Shown here: in pieces, positions 12,401 through 19,257 of the stretch
How positions within the stretch are numbered: position 1 is the first letter of the stretch
Layout: each line of letters starts with the position of its first letter
Virus record (IMG/VR): IMGVR_UViG_3300007640_000027
DNA length: 64,000 nucleotides
Direction: 5' to 3' (one strand)
From: a virus
Position numbers and translations under genes: made by a program
The notes under the pieces: model-generated
What the model saw: only the letters and a program-made list of their open reading frames with translations
Database searches by the model: none
What the model was told of the DNA's origin: nothing

Positions 12401-15304
12401 ACCGCTCGTTCCCGAACTTCCACTAGTACCTGATGATCCAGAAGTACCTGATGTACCACTACTTCCCGAACTTCCACTGCTACCGCTAGTACCCGAGGTA
12501 CCGGCTGAACCTGATGACCCGCTACTTCCACTAGTACCTGAAGATCCTGATGTTCCACTTGACCCTGAACTTCCTGATGTACCACTTGAACCAGAACTTC
12601 CCGAAGATCCTGAACTACCACTAGTACCTGATGACCCGCTACTTCCACTAGTACCTGAAGATCCTGATGTACCACTTGAACCTGAACTACCTGAAGATCC
12701 TGATGTACCAGATGATCCCGAAGAACCGCTTGAACCAGATGAACCTGACGTACCACTACTACCACTAGAACCTGATGTTCCTGAAGATCCAGATGATCCC
12801 GAACTTCCTGATGATCCTGAAGTACCACTACTTCCACTAGTTCCCGATGAACCTGATGTACCAGATGATCCACTACTACCACTTGATCCTGAAGAACCAC
12901 TACTACCACTAGTTCCTGAAGATCCACTAGTACCACTAGCACCACTTACACCTGAACTACCTGATGATCCTGAAGAACCACTAGTACCCGAACTTCCGCT
13001 AGAACCTGAGGTACCGCTTGTTCCTGAAGAACCTGATGATCCACTTGAACCAGAACTTCCCGAAGATCCTGATGTTCCTGACGTACCACTAGTACCTGAT
13101 GACCCACTTGAACCACTGCTACCTGACGTACCTGAAGAACCAGATGTTCCGCTAGTTCCTGATGATCCTGAAGTACCACTAGAACCAGAACTTCCTGATG
13201 AACCGCTTGATCCCGAAGAACCTGATGTTCCACTGCTTCCACTAGTTCCTGATGAACCCGAAGAACCGCTAGTTCCTGAAGTACCTGATGAACCGGAAGA
13301 TCCACTTGATCCTGATGTACCACTTGACCCTGAGGTACCGCTTGTTCCTGATGAACCTGACGTTCCACTACTACCGCTACTTCCACTTGAACCTGATGAC
13401 CCACTAGAACCAGATGTACCGCTAGTTCCCGAACTTCCACTAGTACCAGATGATCCTGATGTACCAGACGAACCTGAACTACCACTTGACCCTGAGGAAC
13501 CAGAACTTCCTGAAGTGCCTGATGTACCACTTGATCCACTACTACCACTTGATCCCGAAGAACCGCTAGAACCAGAACTACCCGATGACCCACTTGTTCC
13601 GCTACTTCCTGATGTACCAGACGAACCTGATGATCCTGAACTACCACTTGAACCTGAGGTGCCGCTTGTTCCGCTGCTTCCACTAGAACCTGATGTACCT
13701 GAGGTTCCACTACTGCCCGAAGTACCAGACGAACCACTACTTCCGCTAGAACCAGATGAACCTGACGATCCACTTGATCCTGATGTACCACTAGAACCTG
13801 AAGTTCCTGACGTGCCACTACTACCGCTAGTACCCGAGGTACCGGCTGAACCTGATGATCCAGAAGAACCGCTAGTTCCACTTGAACCACTACTACCTGA
13901 AGTTCCTGACGAACCACTCGTTCCTGATGTACCAGATGAACCTGATGATCCGCTACTTCCACTAGAACCTGATGTTCCCGAAGATCCACTAGAACCTGAG
14001 GTGCCGCTTGTTCCTGAAGAACCTGATGATCCGCTAGATCCACTTGAACCTGACGTACCACTAGTTCCCGATGAACCTGAAGATCCTGATGTTCCTGAAG
14101 TTCCACTACTTCCCGAACTTCCACTGCTACCGCTAGTACCCGAGGTACCGGCTGAACCTGAGGATCCAGAACTTCCTGAAGTACCTGATGTTCCACTTGA
14201 ACCTGAGGTGCCGCTTGTTCCTGAAGATCCACTAGTACCTGATGATCCTGACGACCCTGATGAACCTGAACTTCCCGAAGAACCAGATGTACCACTACTT
14301 CCTGAACTTCCACTACTTCCAGAAGAACCTGACGAACCACTCGTTCCTGATGTACCAGATGAACCTGACGTACCACTAGTACCAGAAGAACCGCTAGATC
14401 CCGAACTACCTGATGTACCACTTGAACCTGAACTACCACTAGAACCACTTGATCCTGAAGATCCTGACGTACCACTACTACCGCTAGTACCTGAGGTACC
14501 GGCTGAACCTGATGATCCTGAACTACCACTAGAACCACTTGAACCTGAAGAACCCGAAGTTCCACTACTACCAGATGATCCTGATGTTCCACTACTTCCA
14601 CTAGTTCCTGAAGTACCGGATGAACCACTACTCCCGCTAGAACCTGAAGTTCCTGAAGAACCTGACGTGCCACTAGATCCTGATGTTCCTGAACTACCTG
14701 AGGATCCTGATGTACCACTTGATCCCGAACTTCCTGATGATCCTGAAGTACCGGATGAACCACTAGAACCAGATGTACCGCTAGTTCCCGAACTTCCACT
14801 AGTACCTGATGTACCGCTAGAACCTGAAGATCCCGATGTACCGCTAGTTCCTGAACTTCCACTTGAACCTGAGGTACCGCTTGTTCCTGAAGATCCACTT
14901 GTACCAGAACTACCTGAAGAACCGCTAGAACCAGAACTACCTGAAGATCCTGAAGTTCCACTAGTACCAGATGAACCACTTGTTCCCGACGAACCTGAAG
15001 ATCCTGAAGTTCCAGATGACCCACTACTTCCCGAAGAACCTGAAGTTCCGCTTGATCCCGAAGATCCACTTGTTCCTGAAGTCGCAGCCGCGGTTTTTCT
15101 CTCAACTCTTGATGTAGACTCATTCCACACCAAAACTTCATTAGAAGTACCCGTAGGTACGTCATAGATAGTTAATGTATCTTGAATATAGACATCACCA
15201 CTAAAAGTTATTGTTCCTCCTGTAGCAATTCTTACACGATTAGTGCTATTCGTGTTAAAAAGTAATCCTTCGTTCTGACTATAATATATTCCGTCGTTGG
15301 CCAT
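6500..15304 (-). CDS. Giant Gly-Ser/Thr collagen-like fibre protein with C-terminal FN3-like domains (2934 aa)
   Basis: About 75-aa N-terminal module, then about 2635 aa of G-X-S triplets, then PTAPSTLTLT...YEVWSS...YYKVYP and a second FN3-like beta-sandwich. Confidence 0.85.
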   Translation of the reverse strand: MANDGIYYSQNEGLLFNTNSTNRVRIATGGTITFSGDVYIQDTLTIYDVPTGTSNEVLVWNESTSRVERKTAAATSGTSGSSGSSGTSGSSGSSGSSGTSGSSGSSGTSGSSGTSGTSGSSGSSGSSGSSGSSGTSGSSGTSGTSGSSGSSGTSGTSGSSGSSGTSGTSGSSGTSGTSGSSGSSGTSGSSGSSGSSGTSGSSGSSGTSGSSGTSGSSGTSGSSGSSGSSGTSGTSGSSGTSGSSGSSGTSGSSGSSGSSGSSGSSGSAGTSGTSGSSGTSGSSGSSGSSGSSGSSGTSGSSGSSGSSGTSGTSGSSGTSGTSGSSGSSGSSGSSGSSGTSGSSGSSGSSGSSGSSGTSGSSGTSGTSGSSGTSGTSGSSGSSGSAGTSGTSGSSGSSGSSGTSGTSGSSGSSGTSGTSGSSGSSGSSGSSGTSGTSGSSGSSGTSGSSGSSGSSGSSGTSGTSGSSGTSGSSGSSGTSGSSGSSGSAGTSGTSGSSGTSGTSGSSGTSGSSGSSGSSGSSGSSGSSGTSGSSGTSGTSGSSGSSGTSGTSGSSGSSGSSGSSGTSGSSGTSGSSGSSGSSGSSGSSGSSGSSGTSGTSGSSGSSGSSGSSGSSGTSGSSGTSGSSGTSGTSGSSGSSGSSGSSGSSGTSGSSGTSGTSGSSGTSGSSGSSGSSGTSGTSGSSGSSGTSGSSGTSGSSGSSGSSGSSGSSGTSGSSGTSGTSGSSGTSGSSGSSGSSGTSGTSGTSGSSGSSGSSGSSGSSGTSGTSGSSGSSGTSGSSGSSGSSGVSGASGTSGSSGTSGSSGSSGSSGSSGSSGTSGSSGTSGSSGTSGSSGSSGSSGSSGTSGSSGSSGTSGSSGSSGSSGSSGTSGSSGSSGSSGTSGSSGTSGSSGSSGTSGSSGSSGSSGSSGTSGSSGSSGTSGSSGTSGSSGSSGSAGTSGTSGSSGSSGSSGTSGTSGSSGTSGSSGTSGTSGSSGSSGSSGTSGSSGSSGTSGSSGSSGTSGSSGSSGSSGSSGTSGTSGSSGTSGSSGSSGTSGSSGTSGTSGSSGSSGTSGSSGSSGSSGSSGTSGSSGSSGTSGSSGTSGTSGSSGSSGSSGSSGTSGTSGSSGTSGSSGTSGTSGSSGSSGTSGSSGSSGTSGTSGSSGSSGSSGTSGSSGSSGSAGTSGTSGSSGTSGSSGSSGTSGSSGSSGTSGSSGTSGTSGSSGSSGSSGSSGSSGSSGSSGTSGSSGTSGTSGSSGTSGTSGSSGSSGTSGSSGTSGTSGSSGSSGTSGSSGTSGTSGSSGSSGTSGSSGSSGSSGSSGTSGSSGTSGSSGSSGSSGTSGSSGSSGSSGSSGTSGSSGSSGTSGSSGSSGSSGTSGSSGSSGTSGSSGTSGTSGSSGSSGTSGTSGSSGTSGTSGSSGSSGSSGTSGSSGSSGSSGTSGSSGSSGTSGTSGSSGSSGSSGSSGSSGTSGSSGTSGTSGSSGTSGSSGSSGTSGSSGSSGTSGSSGSSGTSGTSGSSGTSGSSGTSGTSGSSGSSGSSGSSGSSGTSGSSGSSGTSGSSGSSGSAGTSGTSGSSGSSGTSGSSGSSGTSGSSGSAGTSGTSGSSGTSGTSGSSGSSGTSGSSGSSGTSGSSGTSGTSGSSGSSGSSGSSGTSGSSGSSGSSGSSGTSGSSGSSGTSGSSGTSGTSGSSGTSGSSGSSGSSGSSGSSGVSGVSGTSGTSGSSGTSGSSGSSGSSGSSGTSGSSGSSGTSGSSGSSGTSGTSGSSGSSGSSGSSGTSGSSGSSGSAGTSGTSGSSGTSGTSGSSGSSGTSGSSGSSGSSGTSGTSGSSGSSGSSGTSGSSGSSGTSGSSGSSGSSGTSGSSGTSGTSGSSGSSGSSGTSGSSGSSGSSGSSGSSGTSGSSGSSGSSGTSGSSGTSGTSGSSGSSGTSGSSGTSGTSGSSGSSGTSGSSGSSGSSGTSGTSGSSGSSGTSGSSGSSGSSGTSGSSGSSGSSGTSGTSGSSGTSGTSGSSGSSGSSGSSGSSGSSGTSGSSGSSGTSGSSGSSGTSGTSGSSGTSGTSGSSGTSGTSGSSGSSGTSGSSGSSGTSGSSGSSGSSGTSGSSGTSGTSGSSGSSGSSGSSGSSGSSGTSGSSGTSGSSGSSGSSGSSGTSGVSGDSGTSGTSGSSGTSGTSGSSGSSGTSGSSGTSGSSGSSGSSGSSGSSGTSGSSGSSGTSGSSGSSGTSGSSGSSGTSGTSGSSGTSGTSGSSGSSGTSGSSGSSGTSGSSGTSGSSGSSGSSGTSGSSGSSGSSGTSGSSGSSGTSGSSGTSGTSGSSGTSGTSGSSGSSGTSGSSGSSGSSGTSGSSGSSGSSGSSGTSGTSGSSGTSGTSGTSGSSGSSGTSGSSGSSGTSGSSGSSGSSGTSGSSGSSGTSGSSGSSGSSGTSGTSGSSGSSGTSGSSGSSGTSGSSGSSGTSGSSGSSGSSGVSGASGTSGSSGTSGSSGSSGSSGTSGSSGSSGTSGSSGSSGSSGTSGTSGSSGTSGTSGSSGTSGTSGTSGSSGSSGTSGTSGSSGSSGSSGTSGSSGTSGSSGTSGTSGSSGSSGTSGSSGSSGTSGSSGTSGSSGSSGTSGSSGSSGTSGTSGSSGSSGTSGTSGSSGTSGTSGSSGSSGTSGSSGSSGSSGSSGTSGSSGTSGTSGSSGSSGTSGSSGSSGTSGSSGSSGTSGSSGSSGSSGTSGSSGSSGTSGSSGSSGSSGTSGSSGSSGTSGLILLSGTTNDGIITYNAATSGGTVESNATYDGTVLTLPFITPNGPTAPSTLTLTQTGDEVLVQFDESGTSDIDRYEVWSSVGTTTDWNLVGLVKSDDIATTMSIVDDTFNKNATIYYKVYPIKTGVYGSPISSSVVVSGTIADVTNMNVDQSVEGYWITYDLPDDNRLLNITIKKDAATTLGGLNEGSATTIYTGLDESYFYLVPEADADKYHQFWIYSNVRT
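7172..15076 (-). repeat. About 878 uninterrupted Gly-(Ser/Thr)-Ser triplets
   Basis: First Gly at 15076 and last at 7172 give 7905 nt = 878 triplets + Gly. Synonymous codons are heavily mixed, with rare GSAG and GVSG landmarks. Confidence 0.95.
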
Positions 15305-15322
15305 CTTTAATTTTTTAGGCTA

Positions 15323-15345
15323 AAGGAGGGATTTTCTCCCTCCTT
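15323..15345 (-). promoter_or_regulatory. Perfect 9-bp hairpin in the leader of the giant fibre gene
   Basis: aaggaggga-ttttc-tccctcctt, located between the TATTTAT motif (15360-15368) and ATG 15304. The U tract is weak. Confidence 0.55.
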
Positions 15346-15359
15346 ATTTATTGGTTATT

Positions 15360-15368
15360 TATAAATAT
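15360..15368 (-). promoter_or_regulatory. ATATTTATA upstream motif
   Basis: Intergenic, 55 nt upstream of ATG 15304. Confidence 0.5.
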
Positions 15369-15408
15369 ATTGAACCTCAGTTGTAACATATTTTTTTAAC
15401 AAAAAAAA

Positions 15409-17856
15409 TTATATTACTTGTACCCATCCAAATGATTTATAAATATATACACCTTCATCACCATCTGTTTGATATACCATCAAACCAGTCGCTGGTGAAC
15501 CTATATTACCTCTCTGTGTTTCAGTCATTCTTGGGAATAAGAAACCTTTAGTAGTAGACGCAACCTCTAATACCGCAGAAGCAGCAGGAGTAGAAACTCC
15601 AACACCTACAGCGTTCGCCGAGTCATCAACATTAAATGTTGTTCCGTCTACAGAGAAATCACCACCTGTAAATGAAAGTGAATTATTATTTTGAGTAACT
15701 ACTCTATTACCTGTTAATGTACCATCAGCAGTATAGATGTTATCAATATTAGTGTCATCAACAGTAATATCTAATGTACCTGTTCCACCTGAAATAACAA
15801 CAGAATTATCTGAAGAGATAAGTGTTAATGTACCATTCAATGCAACCGCAGGATTAGATCCTGTTGTACCATCAAAAGTAATTGTGTTATTATCAATTGC
15901 AGAACCGTCAATAGTAGTATTAGTTACACCAGTAATCTGTCCTTGTGCGTTAACATCAAATACAGGTACTTCTGATGAACTACCATAATTTCCTGCCGAT
16001 ACACCTGTGTTATCAATATTGATAGTTACTGTATCAGTCGCACCAACTACTGTTGAAAGACCTACACCACCTGCGATTGTTACAGTGTCACCACCGTTAA
16101 CTGTTTCAGGTGTTCCTGAATCTGCATCTAATATAAAGATATCAATCGCACTTTCAATAACTTCAAAGTTAATAGTATCTGAAGTTGAGTTACCACTAAT
16201 TCTTACTGAACCATCATTTGATACAAATGTTAATGTATCATTATATGCATCTGCCTCAACGTTCGCACCCTCAGGTACACCAATTGTTGTAAATGCATAA
16301 TATCTGTTATCCAAATCAACTGTTCCAACTGTTGCACCTGTTACGTGACCAAACGTATCAAAATTAAATGCAACATCTTGAATTACAACACCGTTAGAAT
16401 TGTCACTTGCAATATCCGAAGGTGCCGCACCTGAATTGTAGTGAGAAATATCATCTGCACCTACAACAATACCCGCACCTTGACCAATATTTAATGTAAC
16501 TGTGTCAGTTGCTGTAACTGTTGATGTTAAACCTGAACCACCTGCAACTACTAAAGTATCTCCAAGTTGTACAGTTTGAGTGTTAGAACCATCAGATAAT
16601 GTGAATTCTAAACCTGAAACAACATCAGTTGAATTATCATTTAATGTAAGTGTTAATGATCCTGCACTATAAGAAGCACCTGTTACAAAAGTAAATGCAC
16701 CTGATAAGTTAACAGTTACATTATCATTTCTACCTAAAGCAATTGTACCACCTGCCTGAGTTAATGTTCCACCAGTAACGAATGTATCCGCACCTTCAAA
16801 ACCTGAAATAGTAATGTCACTTTCAAGACCTCCATTGATTACTAATGTTAAAGTATCTGTTCCTGCATTATATGAACCACCCGTAATAAATGGTAATTCA
16901 AAATCTGAAGTAATAGTGCCCGTTCCTGATACGTCAATTCCCCAATCGTTATCATAACTCGCACCAGTAATAGCTTGAATTGTTGAAGTAACAGTTGCAC
17001 CACCGTTTTTAGTAACAGAGATTACGTTGTTCGCTTCAGTAACACCTGTTACGAAATCAGTACCTAATGATAATGTTGCATCATAAGTGTTTGAACCCGC
17101 CCAACTAATATTACCTGTTGCCAAACTGAAAGTTGCACCTGTAATTGCATTGATTTCAAATGTGTCTGAACTAACATTTGAACCGTCAAATTGTACATCA
17201 TTTCCTGTTTGGGTAAACGCAGTAAATGCCACAACTGTACCTAATACATCATTAGATCCAACGTTCTTTTCTAATGTAATTTGGTTGTTAGCTAAAGTAC
17301 CACCTGTTACGAAATCAAACGCACCTGTTAATGTTACAGGACCGAAATCTCCATCAGTGTATTCTAAGGTTACAGTACCCGCTGCTTGTGATAAAGTACC
17401 ACCAGTAACAAATGTATCCGCATCTTCAAAACCTGAAATCGTAATTGCCGATTCAAGATTTCCGTTAATACCTAATGTTAAAGTATCTGTTCCTGCATTA
17501 TATGAACCACCTGTAATAAAAGGTAATTCAAAACTTGCTGATGTAGAACCTGCAGTATCTTCAACGGTTATTCCCCATGAACTATCATAAGAGATACCTG
17601 AAGCCGCAAGTAAATCATCACGGTATGATACAACACCATCAGTGTCTGTTACAAGAACACGTTGTTTTGCTGTTTCATCCGAAAGACCTCTAATTTTTAG
17701 AGGTGTTGAAGTTGACCCCGAAATATCAACTAAATTTGTTGGCGTTAAAACACCGAAACCGTGGTTACCTGATGAATCGATAATCTCACGTGTAACCGTG
17801 TTCGTCGTAAACCTTAGTTCGTTCGAGGAATTGTAATTTAAACCGTTTGCTGCCAT
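15409..17856 (-). CDS. Fibre protein with FVTGGT repeats and a Bacteroidota-type C-terminal 'STTKGFL.PRMT' domain
   Basis: Repeated (F/I)(V/I)TGG(T/S)(Y/L) motifs, tail-fibre-like AGNYGSSSEVPVFDVNAQGQIT, C-terminal SAVLEVASTTKGFLFPRMT...GLMVYQTD...GW. Confidence 0.7.
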   Translation of the reverse strand: MAANGLNYNSSNELRFTTNTVTREIIDSSGNHGFGVLTPTNLVDISGSTSTPLKIRGLSDETAKQRVLVTDTDGVVSYRDDLLAASGISYDSSWGITVEDTAGSTSASFELPFITGGSYNAGTDTLTLGINGNLESAITISGFEDADTFVTGGTLSQAAGTVTLEYTDGDFGPVTLTGAFDFVTGGTLANNQITLEKNVGSNDVLGTVVAFTAFTQTGNDVQFDGSNVSSDTFEINAITGATFSLATGNISWAGSNTYDATLSLGTDFVTGVTEANNVISVTKNGGATVTSTIQAITGASYDNDWGIDVSGTGTITSDFELPFITGGSYNAGTDTLTLVINGGLESDITISGFEGADTFVTGGTLTQAGGTIALGRNDNVTVNLSGAFTFVTGASYSAGSLTLTLNDNSTDVVSGLEFTLSDGSNTQTVQLGDTLVVAGGSGLTSTVTATDTVTLNIGQGAGIVVGADDISHYNSGAAPSDIASDNSNGVVIQDVAFNFDTFGHVTGATVGTVDLDNRYYAFTTIGVPEGANVEADAYNDTLTFVSNDGSVRISGNSTSDTINFEVIESAIDIFILDADSGTPETVNGGDTVTIAGGVGLSTVVGATDTVTINIDNTGVSAGNYGSSSEVPVFDVNAQGQITGVTNTTIDGSAIDNNTITFDGTTGSNPAVALNGTLTLISSDNSVVISGGTGTLDITVDDTNIDNIYTADGTLTGNRVVTQNNNSLSFTGGDFSVDGTTFNVDDSANAVGVGVSTPAASAVLEVASTTKGFLFPRMTETQRGNIGSPATGLMVYQTDGDEGVYIYKSFGWVQVI

Positions 17857-17901
17857 TTTTTTGTTTTTTTTGGTTTTAATTAATCCTTAATATAAAGGCT
17901 G

Positions 17902-19185
17902 TTATAGGATATTCACCCAACCCAAAGACTTATACATATATAAACCTTCTAAATCTTCTGCCGAGGAATCCGTACAGTAAACCAATAAACCAGGTAATGG
18001 ACTTGGTATACTTATTCTTTGTGCTTGAGTCATTCTTGGTATTAATAACCCTTGATTGGTACTTGCCAATTCTAAAATTGCACATACGGGAGATGTTGTT
18101 CCTGTACCTATGGAAACTCCCGAATCACCACTAAAAGTAAGGTGATTTCCGTCTTGGTCCACTACTCTTTCTGACTGTAGTGTACCGTCATTATTATAAA
18201 TGTTGTTTGTGTCTTGGAAATTATATATTCCTGAACCACTATATGTTAATACCTGACCAACATTCGCTGTTGATGTGTCAACATCATTAATCTCACTTAA
18301 ATTAGGTGTGAAATCAGGTCTTACAAAGATTGAGCCGTTAGATGATGCTTTTAATACTATCGCGACTTTTGTTTTGATTGCGGGCTCGGCAGGTTGAACA
18401 TTTGTTAATCCACCAGGTCTTGTTGGATCAGAATATAAAATATCACCATCTAACCACGTTTCACCATTTTGTCCTCTTGTATCAATATCTCTAACTTCAC
18501 CAAATGCCGTTACCCATCCATCTCCTCCGTTGGTGATGTCGTGAGTTGCAACACCTATAACATAATCCGCAGGAAATGACCCGTCAGTTATTGCGGAAGC
18601 AATTAATATTCTTCCTGAATTACCTGTGGTACCTGATGCCATAACTACAACACCATTGTCTATCTGTTGTCCTGATTGATTTTTAACTCTAAACCAATTC
18701 TCTTGACCTACTTGTAATGAAGTGTCTGAATAGGCGTTATAAATAACTAATGTTTCATAATCAAGATCAAAATAAACTCTACCCTCTGAAGATGTAACAC
18801 CTGTTGATTCAAAAGGTGTAAAATCAATATAATCAACATTTACACTACCACCCGTTAAGTGTAAGGTATTACCATCTAAGTTCGCAAATCTTTCAGATGT
18901 GAAACTTGCATCTGTGTTGTAAATATTGATTGTGTTTGCGGAAGTGAAAAATCCTGTAACATTGAAGGTCCCTCCCGTATTATTAGTAAATGTCGCAGTA
19001 CCATTTGTATCATTATAAGTACCACCTGTAACAAACGTATCAGGCAAGGAAGAAACTTCTCTATATTTCAACTCGCTACCATCAATTACAACAACTTGGT
19101 TTATGTTGTTATTGAGGTCAACGGTAGAAATAAAAGTCTTTCCACTTACTGATAATCCGTTTCTTGCTACTAGTTCTCTTGACAT
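17902..19185 (-). CDS. Fibre/decoration protein, FVTGGT family, C-terminal 'STNQGLLIPRMT' domain
   Basis: N-terminus MSRELVARNGL shared with 19258..21612. C-terminal domain shared with 15409..17856. Confidence 0.65.
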   Translation of the reverse strand: MSRELVARNGLSVSGKTFISTVDLNNNINQVVVIDGSELKYREVSSLPDTFVTGGTYNDTNGTATFTNNTGGTFNVTGFFTSANTINIYNTDASFTSERFANLDGNTLHLTGGSVNVDYIDFTPFESTGVTSSEGRVYFDLDYETLVIYNAYSDTSLQVGQENWFRVKNQSGQQIDNGVVVMASGTTGNSGRILIASAITDGSFPADYVIGVATHDITNGGDGWVTAFGEVRDIDTRGQNGETWLDGDILYSDPTRPGGLTNVQPAEPAIKTKVAIVLKASSNGSIFVRPDFTPNLSEINDVDTSTANVGQVLTYSGSGIYNFQDTNNIYNNDGTLQSERVVDQDGNHLTFSGDSGVSIGTGTTSPVCAILELASTNQGLLIPRMTQAQRISIPSPLPGLLVYCTDSSAEDLEGLYMYKSLGWVNIL

Positions 19186-19211
19186 TTTTCTATGTTAAAA
19201 AATTTGGCTAT

Positions 19212-19245
19212 AAATATGGTGGAAGTAAACACTCCCACCATATTT
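19212..19245 (-). terminator. Hairpin, likely intrinsic terminator, overlapping a TATTTAT motif
   Basis: Minus strand AAAUAUGGUGGGAGU-GUUU-ACUUCCACCAUAUUU. The single mismatch is G-U only on the minus strand, and it lies just downstream of stop 19258. ATATTTATA at 19209-19217 is 23 nt before ATG 19185. Confidence 0.65.
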
Positions 19246-19257
19246 TTAACTATAATA

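Noticed and set aside
7172-15076. Ser/Thr order as a higher-order periodic or binary code
   Set aside because: I could see no fixed super-period, and landmark spacing is irregular.
668-15165. Minus-strand V/Q/L/H-rich ORFs (668..2212, 2213..2860, 7168..8001, 8005..8931, 8932..10236, 10237..12945, 12946..15165)
   Set aside because: Alternate-frame shadows. They break exactly where rare Val codons (GVSG) create a stop.
9375-15167. 1930-aa + strand PD/PE-repeat ORF, and similarly 694..3066
   Set aside because: Antisense shadow of the Gly-Ser repeat, whose codons cannot produce stops in that frame. It has no unique domains and opposes the strand of all real genes.
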